DNA of 64,000 bases. It comes from Gemmatimonadales bacterium. GTDB taxonomy: Bacteria; Gemmatimonadota; Gemmatimonadetes; Gemmatimonadales; GWC2-71-9. A program made the translations under genes and the position numbers. Within the stretch, counting starts at the first letter, position 1. The number at the start of each line of letters is the position of its first letter. Below the pieces are notes generated by a model. That model ran no database searches and was not told the DNA's origin. It was given only the letters and a program-made list of their open reading frames with translations. Positions 19,273 through 27,636 of this stretch are shown piece after piece. The stretch covers positions 68,699 to 132,698 of the forward strand of contig DATIYM010000020.1 of assembly GCA_035517615.1 (NCBI GenBank), in the 5' to 3' direction.

Positions 19273-20252
19273 TGCCCGAGGTGACCTATCTCGAGGCTCT
19301 GCGCCAGGGCCTGCGGGAGGAGATGGAGCACGACGAGCGCGTCTTCATCCTCGGTGAGGATGTCGGGCTGTATGGCGGCGCGTTCAAGGTGACCGAAGGA
19401 TTTCTCGAGCGCTTCGGGGAATCGCGGGTGATCGATACGCCGATCGCCGAGGCAGCCATCGTTGGCGCGGCGGCGGGCGCGGCACACATGGGACTCCGCC
19501 CGGTCGCCGAGATGCAGTTCATCGATTTCATTTCCTGTGCCTACGACATGTTGACGAACTACGTGGCGACGGCGCGCTACCGGGCCGGGCTGCCGACGCC
19601 CATCGTGGTACGGGGACCGTGCGGGGGATACGTCCGGGGTGGTCCGTTTCACTCGCAGAACGTGGAGGCGGCCTTCTTCCACACGCCGGGCCTGAAGATC
19701 GTCTATCCCGCGACCGCGCGAGATGCGAAGGGTCTGATCAAGAGCGCCGTGCGTGATGACGATCCGGTGCTCTATTTGGAACACAAATGGTTGTACCGGC
19801 GGATCAAGGAGACGCTGCCGGAGCAGGAGGAGGTGCTCACACCGATCGGTGCCGCGCGCCTGGCGCGGGAAGGGAAGGACCTTTCCATCATCACCTACGG
19901 CGCGACGGTGTGGAAGTCGCTCGAGGCGGCGACCGAGCTCGCGACCACCGACGGCATCTCGGTGGAGGTGCTCGACCTCCGGACACTGCTGCCGCTCGAC
20001 GACGCGAGCATCATGGCGAGCGTGCGCAAGACCAATAAGGTTCTCATCGTGCACGAGGACACGCGGACCGGAGGGCTCGCGGGGGAAATCACCGCCCGAA
20101 TCAACGAGCAGGCGTTCGAGTGGCTCGATGGTCCAATCATGCGCGTGACCGCGCACGACGTGCCGCTCCCGTACGCGCCCACACTCGAGGACTTCGTGCT
20201 GCCGCAGACGCAGGATATCGTGAAGGCGGCGCGATGGCTCGCCAAATACTAG
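19272..20252 (+). CDS. 2-Oxoacid dehydrogenase E1 component, beta subunit
   Basis: LGEDVGLYGGAFKVTEGF, DTPIAEAAIVGAAAGAA, IVVRGPCGG. The GTG overlaps the upstream TAG by 1 nt. Confidence 0.9.
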   Translation: MPEVTYLEALRQGLREEMEHDERVFILGEDVGLYGGAFKVTEGFLERFGESRVIDTPIAEAAIVGAAAGAAHMGLRPVAEMQFIDFISCAYDMLTNYVATARYRAGLPTPIVVRGPCGGYVRGGPFHSQNVEAAFFHTPGLKIVYPATARDAKGLIKSAVRDDDPVLYLEHKWLYRRIKETLPEQEEVLTPIGAARLAREGKDLSIITYGATVWKSLEAATELATTDGISVEVLDLRTLLPLDDASIMASVRKTNKVLIVHEDTRTGGLAGEITARINEQAFEWLDGPIMRVTAHDVPLPYAPTLEDFVLPQTQDIVKAARWLAKY

Positions 20253-20264
20253 CACGGGTTTGCT

Positions 20265-21584
20265 ATGGCTCGCATTGAAGTGTTGATGCCCCAGATGGGG
20301 GAGTCCATCGCCGAGGGCACCGTCTCGAAGTGGCTCAAGCAGGTGGGCGACGCGGTCGAGCGCGATGAGCCCCTGTTCGAGATCTCGACCGACAAGGTGG
20401 ACGCGGAGATTCCGTCGCCGGCGGCCGGCGTGCTCGCGGAGATGAAGGTGCAGCAGGGACAGACGGTGCCCGTGCAGACGCTCGTCGCGGTGATTGAGAC
20501 TGACAAGGGCGCGACCGTCGCTGCGGCGCCCGCTCCGGCGGCAGCCCCCTCCGCAGCGGCGCCCCCGCCGCGGGCGCCGGCCGCTCCGGGGGTCGCCGCC
20601 TCTGCGGTCGCTCCACAGCCCGTCGCTCCGTTGGCAGTCGCGCCACCCGCCACCGACACCGCCGAAGACCGGCTGCGCAAGAAATCGACGCCCCTGGTAC
20701 GCAAGATCGCCGCCGAGCATCACGTCGACATTGGCGCGATCCCGGGAAGTGGCCTGGGCGGACGTGTCACGAAGCAGGACATCCTGAGTTTCATCGACCA
20801 GCGCCCCACGCGCCCAGCCGCCGCCTCACCGGTAGCCGCTGCACCATCAGCCGCTGCACCATCAGCCGCCGTCGAGCCATGGCCCGGCGACCGTGTCGAG
20901 CCGTTCTCGAAAATCCGGAAGATCACGGCGGATCACATGATCATGTCGCGCCGCATCTCGGCGCACGTGACGAGCTTTTTCGAGGTCGACTACACCCGCG
21001 TGGCGGAGCTGCGCGCGAAGCACAAGGCGTCGTATCTCGAGCGCGGCGTCAAGCTCACGTTTCTCGCGTTCATCGCCAAGGCTTGCGGCGAACAGCTCCG
21101 CAAGCATCCCATCGTGAATGCCGCGGTGGCGGGAGAGCAAATCATCTACCGGGCGGACGTGAACATCGGGATCGCCGTCGCGCTCGACTGGGGGCTGATC
21201 GTCCCGGTGGTGAGGCATGCCGATGAGCTCTCGCTCATCGGTCTCGCGCGCGCGATCAACGATCTCGGCGAGCGGGCCCGCACCAAGAAACTGTCTCCCG
21301 ATGATGTGCAGCGGGGCACGTTCACGATCACGAACCCCGGCGTGTTCGGGTCGTACGCGGGCGCGCCGATCATCAATCAACCCCAGGTCGCGATTCTCGG
21401 CGTCGGTGCCATCGAGCGCCGTCCCAAAGTCGTCGTGCTGGACGGATCGGAAGCGCTGGCGATACGCACCATGGGCATGGTGTCGATGTCGTACGATCAC
21501 CGGGTGGTGGACGGCGCCGACGCCGATCGCTTCCTCGCCGACGTGAAGGTCCTGCTCGAGAATTTCCCCGAAGGCGCCGTGTGA
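20265..21584 (+). CDS. Dihydrolipoamide acyltransferase (E2) with one lipoyl domain
   Basis: Lipoyl-lysine motif EISTDKVDAEIPSP, an Ala/Pro linker, a peripheral-subunit-binding domain (PLVRKIAAEHHVDIGAIPGSGLGGRVTKQDI) and the catalytic SYDHRVVDGA. Confidence 0.9.
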   Translation: MARIEVLMPQMGESIAEGTVSKWLKQVGDAVERDEPLFEISTDKVDAEIPSPAAGVLAEMKVQQGQTVPVQTLVAVIETDKGATVAAAPAPAAAPSAAAPPPRAPAAPGVAASAVAPQPVAPLAVAPPATDTAEDRLRKKSTPLVRKIAAEHHVDIGAIPGSGLGGRVTKQDILSFIDQRPTRPAAASPVAAAPSAAAPSAAVEPWPGDRVEPFSKIRKITADHMIMSRRISAHVTSFFEVDYTRVAELRAKHKASYLERGVKLTFLAFIAKACGEQLRKHPIVNAAVAGEQIIYRADVNIGIAVALDWGLIVPVVRHADELSLIGLARAINDLGERARTKKLSPDDVQRGTFTITNPGVFGSYAGAPIINQPQVAILGVGAIERRPKVVVLDGSEALAIRTMGMVSMSYDHRVVDGADADRFLADVKVLLENFPEGAV

Positions 21585-21925
21585 GCACCCGCGATTCGCT
21601 TCCCCGCGTGCTCACGGCGTCGCGGGTCCGGGTGCCGCCCACGAGCGAGGCCGATTACCTTGCGGTCCTCCGGCAGCTCGCCCAGTTCGCCGTGGCGCGG
21701 GGGCAGCGGATCTGGGTGTTTCGCAGCGCCAAGGATCCGCAGCTGTTCATCGAGTTCTCCGAGAGCCCGACCGAGATGTCGCACCGCGCGCAGGCCTCGA
21801 GATTGCCGGAAGAGCTGAAGCTCGAGCGGCAGCTCCAGAAGATTGCCACCTACGCTCCCGACGCGTGGGAGCTGTGGACCGAAGTCCCGCTCGCGCTCCC
21901 GGAAGAACCCGAGCCGGAACTCTGA
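21581..21925 (+). CDS. Hypothetical protein (114 aa) coupled to E2
   Basis: GTGA overlap with the E2 stop. High third-position GC and a protein-like composition. No motif recognised. Confidence 0.45.
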   Translation: MSTRDSLPRVLTASRVRVPPTSEADYLAVLRQLAQFAVARGQRIWVFRSAKDPQLFIEFSESPTEMSHRAQASRLPEELKLERQLQKIATYAPDAWELWTEVPLALPEEPEPEL

Positions 21926-21931
21926 GGGCGC

Positions 21932-22201
21932 ATGGCGCGACGCACTATCGTTGTCAACGGCGAAACGTGGGACGTGTACCCCTCGGGGCGCGTGACCATT
22001 TACAACAAGGATCAATTCGGGCTGGAGTTCGAGTACGGCACGGGGCCCGAGCGCAAACGGCGCTTCACGCGCTATTCGCCGGTCGGCAGCCGGATGCCCG
22101 ATGCGTCGCTGCAGGAGTTGTCGGAGCACGAGCTGCGATCGCTGTTCGCCCAGTCTCAGCCCGCATGGACATCCCCGGAGGGCTCCTACGGCGTACGTTG
22201 A
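21932..22201 (+). CDS. Hypothetical protein (89 aa)
   Basis: ATG 21932. Third-position GC is clearly higher in this frame than in the overlapping PHP-frame ORF across 22101-22199. No motif recognised. Confidence 0.5.
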   Translation: MARRTIVVNGETWDVYPSGRVTIYNKDQFGLEFEYGTGPERKRRFTRYSPVGSRMPDASLQELSEHELRSLFAQSQPAWTSPEGSYGVR

Positions 22202-23045
22202 CCTTCACTGCCACTCCACCGCGTCTGACGGGGAGTCGCTACCGGCGGACGTCGTGCGGCACGCGCAACGCGCCGGCTTGTCGGCGATCGCGCTCACCGA
22301 CCACGACACGACCGATGGCGTCGCCGAGGCCGCGCGCGCCGGCGCGCCGCTCGGCGTGCGGGTCATCTGTGCCTGCGAATTCAGCACGCGGGCGCCGTGG
22401 GGCGAGATGCACGTGCTCGGCTACTTTCTCACCGCGGAAGACGATCGGCTTCAGTCCTTTCTGGTCGAGACGCGGGCGGCGCGGCGCCGGCGCGGCGAGC
22501 AGATGGTCGAGAAGCTTCGGCAGCTCGGGCTCGATATCGCCCTTTCCGACGTGGCGGCGCGTGCCGGGGCCGGCGCCGTGGGCCGGCCTCATGTAGCTCG
22601 CGCGCTCGTCGATCGAGGGATCACGCGGGATATCAACGAGGCGTTCGAACGGTTCATTGGGAAGGGACGGGCGGCGTTCGTGGAGAAGCCGCTCCCCACG
22701 CTCGACCACGTGACCGCGCTGGTGCGTGAAGGGGGTGGGCTGTCGGTCGCGGCTCACCTCGGCGATCACGGCACCGAGCCCCAGATTCGCCAGTTCGTCG
22801 AGCAGGGCCTCGATGGCGTCGAGGTCCGCCACCCCAGCCATTCGGTGGCGACCGAGGCCCGGCTCACCCGCATCGCGAATCGCCTCGATCTCGTGATCAG
22901 CGGCGGCTCGGACTGGCACGGAGAAACAGAGTTCGGGACGTCGCACGCCGCTCTCGGAGGTCTCGACATCCCGTCCGCGTGGCTCGAGCGACTCGAGGCG
23001 CGGCGCGATCAACCTTCCACTTCCGTCGCGAAGGGAACCGCATGA
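22101..23045 (+). CDS. PHP-domain phosphoesterase (TrpH/YciV-like); true start uncertain
   Basis: The conserved core begins at VDLHCHSTASDG (nt 22197) and continues ALTDHDT... The only canonical in-frame start is ATG 22101, which overlaps the upstream gene by 101 nt. Confidence 0.7.
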   Translation: MRRCRSCRSTSCDRCSPSLSPHGHPRRAPTAYVDLHCHSTASDGESLPADVVRHAQRAGLSAIALTDHDTTDGVAEAARAGAPLGVRVICACEFSTRAPWGEMHVLGYFLTAEDDRLQSFLVETRAARRRRGEQMVEKLRQLGLDIALSDVAARAGAGAVGRPHVARALVDRGITRDINEAFERFIGKGRAAFVEKPLPTLDHVTALVREGGGLSVAAHLGDHGTEPQIRQFVEQGLDGVEVRHPSHSVATEARLTRIANRLDLVISGGSDWHGETEFGTSHAALGGLDIPSAWLERLEARRDQPSTSVAKGTA

Positions 23046-23482
23046 GCGAATTGCTGCCGGTCGGGTCGAAGGCTCCCGTGTTCGCGGCGCAGGCCTCCGA
23101 TGGTCGGACGTATCGTCTGGAGGACCTGCTCGCCCATCAGCACGTGGCACTCGTGTTCTATCCCGGCAACGATACCCCCGGGTGAAACCGTCAACTCTCC
23201 GCCGTGCGCGATGAGCTGACGTTGTTCACGGGTCGTGGGATTCAGCCGTTCGGGGTCAACCCGGCAGGGCTGGACAGCCACGAGAAATACGTGAAGAAAA
23301 TGAACTTCAATTTCCCGCTGCTCACCGATCCCGATCGCTCCATCGCGCGGGCGTATCATGCGCTGAAGGACGACGACAAGGGCATTCAGCGTACCGTGTA
23401 CGTCGTCAAGCGCGACGGCACGATCGCCTTTGCCCAGCGCGGCGCCCCGCCGGTGAACGACATCGTGGCCGCCGTCGAATAG
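23042..23482 (+). CDS. Bcp/PrxQ-type peroxiredoxin with in-frame TGA at the peroxidatic Cys position (predicted selenocysteine, U48)
   Basis: Listed ORFs 22979..23185 and 23204..23482 are in the same frame, interrupted only by TGA 23183-23185. The merged product reads MSELLPVGSKAPVF...VALVFYPGNDTPG-U-NRQLSAVRDELTLF...NFPLLTDPDRSIARAY, which matches the Bcp pattern FYPxxxTPGCTxxxxxxRD...FxLLSD. The ATGA overlaps the PHP gene stop. Confidence 0.75.
23186..23221 (+). promoter_or_regulatory. Candidate bacterial SECIS hairpin
   Basis: Begins 3 nt after the TGA. cgucaacuc (23189-23197) pairs with gagcugacg (23213-23221): 9 positions with one A-C mismatch. An inner 3-bp helix closes a CGUGC apical loop about 20 nt from the UGA. 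Confidence 0.5.
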
Positions 23483-23488
23483 CGACCC

Positions 23489-24214
23489 GTGCCCCCGGAT
23501 TTTCGTGGCAAGACGGTTCTGGTCACGGGGGTTGGCCGGGTGGGCCAGGTGGGGCACGCGGTGGCGCAGGCGCTGGGCAAGGCCGGAGCGAACCTGGTCA
23601 TCGCGGACATGAATGCGACGGCGGTGGACGACCGCGCGCGGGAGCTCGCGCAGAGCGGCGTCGCCGTGCGCGGCGCGGCCGGGGATCTCACCAAGTCCGA
23701 AACCGCCCGGAGCGCCGTCGCACTCGCATCGAGCACGTTCGGCGGGCTGGATGCGTTAATCAACGTCGCGGGCGGCTTCACGTACTTCGGCTCGACACTC
23801 GACGCCGCGCCCGAGATCCTCGACCGAGAGCTGACCATCAATCTCAAGACGGCCTTTGTCGTTGCCCAAGCCGCGCTCCCGGCGCTGCTCGCGCGCGGCG
23901 GAGGTTCGATCACGAACTTCGCCTCGGCCGCGGTCTTGAGAGGCGATCCGCAGATGGCGCCGTATCTCGCGGCGAAATCGGGCGTCGCCGGCCTCACCCG
24001 CGGCCTTGCCCGCGAATTCGGCCCACGAGGCGTACGGGTCAATGCGGTGGCCCCGGGCACGCTGCGTACCGCCGACAACCAGCGCGACATGCGGGAAGGC
24101 AACGTGCAGTGGGTCGAGCTGGCCGACCTCGTGGCCGTCGTCCTGTTCCTGGCGAGCGACGAGGCGCGCGCCGTCTCGGGCGCGATCATCCCGGTCGGCG
24201 CGGGAGCGTTCTGA
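23489..24214 (+). CDS. Short-chain dehydrogenase/reductase (SDR)
   Basis: TGVGRVGQVGHAVA Rossmann-type N-terminus, NVAGG and YLAAKSGVAGLTR (YxxxK). Confidence 0.8.
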   Translation: MPPDFRGKTVLVTGVGRVGQVGHAVAQALGKAGANLVIADMNATAVDDRARELAQSGVAVRGAAGDLTKSETARSAVALASSTFGGLDALINVAGGFTYFGSTLDAAPEILDRELTINLKTAFVVAQAALPALLARGGGSITNFASAAVLRGDPQMAPYLAAKSGVAGLTRGLAREFGPRGVRVNAVAPGTLRTADNQRDMREGNVQWVELADLVAVVLFLASDEARAVSGAIIPVGAGAF

Positions 24215-24215
24215 C

Positions 24216-24947
24216 GTGCAGCTCGAGGGTCGTCGCGCGCTCGTCACCGGGGCGGCGCGAAGGGTCGGGCGCGCCCTGGCCGTCGGATTGGCTCGAGCCG
24301 GCTGCGACGTCGCCGTTCACTACCATGGCTCATCCAACGAGGCCGAAGCCACCGCACGGGCGATCGAGGAGGTGGGACGGCGGGCGGAGCTGGTCCGGGC
24401 GGACCTGCGCGACCCCCGCGCTGCCCAGGCCATCGCGGGGACAGCCGCGCGTACCCTGGGCGGGCTCGAGATCCTGGTGAATTCGGCCGCCATCATGACG
24501 CAGCAGCGGGTGGACGCGGTCACCCCGGAGAGCTGGGACGAGACGTTCGACTTGAACCTGCGGGCCGTGTTCTTCGTTTCGCAGGGAGCGATCGCGCATC
24601 TGCGGCCGGTGCGCGGCCGCATCGTCAACATCGCGGATGTGGCGGCGTTCGAGCCCTGGCCCGAGTACGTGCCGCACTGTGTGAGCAAAGCGGGCGTCGT
24701 GATGTTGACGAAAGGACTGGCGCGCGCGCTGGCCCCGGATATCGCGGTAAACGCCGTCGCCCCGGGAGCGGTCCTCGTCCCCGAATCATGGAGCGGCGCG
24801 GCGCGCGACCACGTCGTCGATACGACCCCGCTCAAGCGTCTGGGCACCCCTGAGGACGTCGTCCAGGCGGTGCGCTATCTCCTCGAAGGCGGCGATTACG
24901 TGACCGGAACGACCCTCGTCGTGGACGGCGGAAGGCTGCTCAGATGA
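24216..24947 (+). CDS. Short-chain dehydrogenase/reductase (SDR; pteridine-reductase-like)
   Basis: Start moved to GTG 24216 (VQLEGRRALVTGAARRVGRA). NSAA and YCVSKAGVVMLTK (YxxxK). Confidence 0.8.
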   Translation: MQLEGRRALVTGAARRVGRALAVGLARAGCDVAVHYHGSSNEAEATARAIEEVGRRAELVRADLRDPRAAQAIAGTAARTLGGLEILVNSAAIMTQQRVDAVTPESWDETFDLNLRAVFFVSQGAIAHLRPVRGRIVNIADVAAFEPWPEYVPHCVSKAGVVMLTKGLARALAPDIAVNAVAPGAVLVPESWSGAARDHVVDTTPLKRLGTPEDVVQAVRYLLEGGDYVTGTTLVVDGGRLLR

Positions 24948-24981
24948 CCAGGAACATCGAGCCGTTCTATTATTAGGGACC

Positions 24982-25977
24982 ATGACTCAGAACCCAACCA
25001 GTTACGACGTGATCATCGTTGGCGCCGGGCCGGCTGGCTTGTGCGCCGCTCTATATGCCGGGCGCGGGATGCTAAGAGCGCTCGTGATCGAGCGCGGGGC
25101 TCCGGGCGGCGAGCTGCTCAACACCGATCTCATCGAGGACTATATCGGCTTCGAGAGCATCAAGGGGGTCGAGCTGGCCCAGAAGATGGCCGAGCACGCG
25201 CGCAAATTCGGGGCTGAATTCCTGACCGACACCGTGGAGCGCATCCAGCGGCTGCCGGACGGAGGCTTCGAGATCGCCACGGCGCGCGAGCGAGTGTTCC
25301 GCGCACCGGCCGTGATCCTCACGGCTGGCGGTACACCCGTAAAGCTCGGCGTGCCGGGTGAAAAAGAATTCGCAGGGCAGGGGGTGTCGTACTGCGCCGT
25401 ATGCGACGGTGCGTTCTTCAAGGGCGAAGTGCTCGCCGTCATCGGCGGTGGCGACGCGGCCGTGGAAGAGGCGGACTACCTCACCCGGTATGGGAGCAAG
25501 GTCTACATCGTCCATCGGCGGCATGAATTCCGCGCGTCGAGGATCATTCAGGAGCGCGCACTCGCGAATCCGAAAATCGAGGTGGTTTGGAACAAACGCG
25601 TGCTCGAGATCGTGGGACGCACGCAGATGGTCGGCGACGAGCTTCCCGGGGTGAAGCATCTCGCGCTCGAGGACACGCTCACGGGCGCACACTCGCAGCT
25701 CACGGTAGGCGGCGTGTTCATCTTCATTGGCTTCAAGCCGAACACCGGCATGCTGACGGAGCACTTCCGCCACGATGTGGGGGGCCACTTCATCACGGAT
25801 GAACGAATGATGACGTCGATTCCGGGGCTGTTCGCCGCCGGCGACGTCCGGAGTCAGCTGACCCGCCAGATCACGACGGCGGTTGGTGATGCCACGACCG
25901 CCGCGCTCGCGGTCGAGAAGTACCTCGCGGTGCTGCGCGAGAAGGGCAAGACCGAGGCGGCCGCGATCGTCTCATGA
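24982..25977 (+). CDS. trxB: Thioredoxin-disulfide reductase
   Basis: VIIVGAGPAGLCAALYA FAD motif, redox-active CAVCDG, and GGGDAAVEEA NADPH motif. Confidence 0.9.
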   Translation: MTQNPTSYDVIIVGAGPAGLCAALYAGRGMLRALVIERGAPGGELLNTDLIEDYIGFESIKGVELAQKMAEHARKFGAEFLTDTVERIQRLPDGGFEIATARERVFRAPAVILTAGGTPVKLGVPGEKEFAGQGVSYCAVCDGAFFKGEVLAVIGGGDAAVEEADYLTRYGSKVYIVHRRHEFRASRIIQERALANPKIEVVWNKRVLEIVGRTQMVGDELPGVKHLALEDTLTGAHSQLTVGGVFIFIGFKPNTGMLTEHFRHDVGGHFITDERMMTSIPGLFAAGDVRSQLTRQITTAVGDATTAALAVEKYLAVLREKGKTEAAAIVS

Positions 25978-26621
25978 ACGTCGTGCAGATCCCGAACGGG
26001 CAGCTGGTCCAAAACTGCTATCTCGTGGTTGACGAAGCCGCTCAGGTCGGGGCGATCATCGATCCCGGAGAAGACGTGGATCTCATCATGCGGCAGGTGG
26101 CCGCCGCCCGCATGACACCGCTCGCCATCTGGATCACCCACGCGCACGTCGATCACGTGCTCGGAACCGGCAAAATACGCGAGCGCATCGGCAACCCGTC
26201 CCTGCCCATCGCGCTCCATCCCGCGGACCGGCTGCTGTACGATCACATCGTGGAACAGGCGCTCGCATTCGGCATGCAGGCCGATCGCTTGCCGCCTCCG
26301 GATCGCGATTTCGTGCCGGGGGAAGTGCTCGAGCTCGGGAGTCTCGCGTTTCAGGTTCGTTGGACGCCGGGACATTCACCGGGGAGCGTCTCGCTGGCCG
26401 GGCATGGTGTGGTATTCACGGGAGACGTGTTGTTCCAGGGCTCGATCGGCCGCACGGACCTGTTTGGGGGGGATTACGACACGCTGATGCGCAGTATCGA
26501 GCGGGAGTTGCTCGCGCTGCCGGATGATACCATCGTGTACAGCGGCCATGGACCCGAAACCACGATTGGGCGCGAACGCCGGCACAATCCATTCCTCACC
26601 GGCGCCGCCCGGCCGGTCTGA
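25974..26621 (+). CDS. MBL-fold metallo-hydrolase (glyoxalase II / hydroxyacylglutathione hydrolase-like)
   Basis: THAHVDH metal motif, TPGHSPGS and the C-terminal GHGPETTIGRERRHNPFL. ATGA overlap with trxB. Confidence 0.85.
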   Translation: MNVVQIPNGQLVQNCYLVVDEAAQVGAIIDPGEDVDLIMRQVAAARMTPLAIWITHAHVDHVLGTGKIRERIGNPSLPIALHPADRLLYDHIVEQALAFGMQADRLPPPDRDFVPGEVLELGSLAFQVRWTPGHSPGSVSLAGHGVVFTGDVLFQGSIGRTDLFGGDYDTLMRSIERELLALPDDTIVYSGHGPETTIGRERRHNPFLTGAARPV

Positions 26622-26736
26622 CGACCGTCCCACGTGCCTGCGCTGCGGTGGCATCGTGCAGCGCAAACCGTGGGGCTGCAAGAATCCCTGTCCGCAGTGC
26701 GGCTTTCTCTACCCGCTGGGGGACTGTTCTGACTGA
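26548..26736 (+). CDS. Possible small zinc-ribbon protein (start uncertain)
   Basis: C-terminal TCLRCGGIVQRKPWGCKNPCPQCGFLYPLGDCSD contains CxxC...CxxC and has high third-position GC. It fills the 130-nt gap after the MBL gene. The nearest in-frame starts (ATG 26548, TTG 26563) overlap the MBL gene. Confidence 0.3.
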   Translation: MDPKPRLGANAGTIHSSPAPPGRSDDRPTCLRCGGIVQRKPWGCKNPCPQCGFLYPLGDCSD

Positions 26737-26751
26737 CAGCCGCCGGTCGAG

Positions 26752-27630
26752 GTGAGTCATCTCCTCGCCCTCGCGCTCCTCGCGATCGACACCCTCGTGC
26801 GCGCCTGGCGCATTCAACTCGCGGTGTGGGCGTCCGGGGGCACGCTCGATTTCGTGAGCGCCGTACGGCTCAACCTCTACGGTGAAGCGGCATCCGCGCT
26901 CACGCCGAATCGGCTTGGAGGCGAGCCGGCCCGCTTTCTGGGACTCAACGAAGCCCGCGTGCGTCCGGTAAAGAGCCTCGTCGCGATCGGTGTGGAAGTG
27001 ACCGCCGAATGGCCCGTGTTCGTCCTGCTCGGCGTGTTGCTCGTCGCTTATTACGTGCCGGACTGGCACATTGCCGCGCGTCACTGGCTCCGCCGGCATC
27101 GCGCGGAGCAGCTGGTGGCGGTGGAAGTCGTGGCGCTGCTCGTGCTGCTCGTGATTTACGCATTGCAACGCATGGCGCGCGCGGGCATGATCCGGCATCG
27201 CGTGCGCCGCCAGTGGCGCGTGGCGCTGGCGCACGTGCGTCGCGCGCCGGTGTGGGCGTTAGCGCTGGGCATGATCCTGACGGCTATCAGTATCGCCGCC
27301 CGGTCCTTGATCCTCCCCGCACTGGCCATGGATCTGCGGCCCCGACCGCCGTTCGCGCCGATGTTCTTCGGCGCGCTGGCATTGTTGCACGCGCCTCTGG
27401 TCCTGCCGCTCCCGTCGGGCGGCGGCGGCATTGAGGTCGCGTTTCTCTCGGGGTTCGCGGGGGACTTCGGGGAGCATCAGGTGGGGATGCTCGTGCTGTG
27501 GCGGTTCTACACGACCATCCTGCTCGCCGTGCTCGGCGGCATCGCGCTGATTCGGAGCGTCGGCTACCGAGCGGCCACGGAGCTGTTCAAGGTCGGCTGG
27601 GTACGCCGCCGCAAAGAGCCCAAGGCCTGA
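26752..27630 (+). CDS. Lysylphosphatidylglycerol-synthase-TM-region-like (UPF0104, flippase-like) membrane protein
   Basis: Polytopic protein. LYGEAASALTPNRLGGEPARF and PSGGGGIEVAF resemble the LPG_synthase_TM family. Confidence 0.65.
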   Translation: MSHLLALALLAIDTLVRAWRIQLAVWASGGTLDFVSAVRLNLYGEAASALTPNRLGGEPARFLGLNEARVRPVKSLVAIGVEVTAEWPVFVLLGVLLVAYYVPDWHIAARHWLRRHRAEQLVAVEVVALLVLLVIYALQRMARAGMIRHRVRRQWRVALAHVRRAPVWALALGMILTAISIAARSLILPALAMDLRPRPPFAPMFFGALALLHAPLVLPLPSGGGGIEVAFLSGFAGDFGEHQVGMLVLWRFYTTILLAVLGGIALIRSVGYRAATELFKVGWVRRRKEPKA

Positions 27631-27636
27631 GCGCGC

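Noticed and set aside
20500-20880. Ala/Pro-rich repetitive DNA in the E2 gene (and Gly/Pro-rich DNA at 62160-62400 in secA), considered as tandem-repeat elements.
   Set aside because: These are the usual flexible inter-domain linkers of E2 and the SecA C-terminal linker before its zinc finger. They are in frame and not precisely periodic.
22190-22205. A programmed +1 frameshift fusing the 89-aa ORF to the PHP domain at CGU-UGA-C, by analogy with prfB.
   Set aside because: The P-site codon CGU cannot re-pair in the +1 frame (GUU). No Shine-Dalgarno-like stimulator lies at the right distance. No family I know has such an N-terminal domain on PHP proteins.
23204-23482. Treating 22979..23185 and 23204..23482 as two separate small genes, or as a broken peroxiredoxin pseudogene.
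   Set aside because: The two ORFs share a frame. The single interruption is a TGA exactly at the catalytic Cys column. The downstream part has no independent N-terminus, and a hairpin follows the TGA. A pseudogene cannot be fully excluded without knowing whether the genome encodes Sec machinery.
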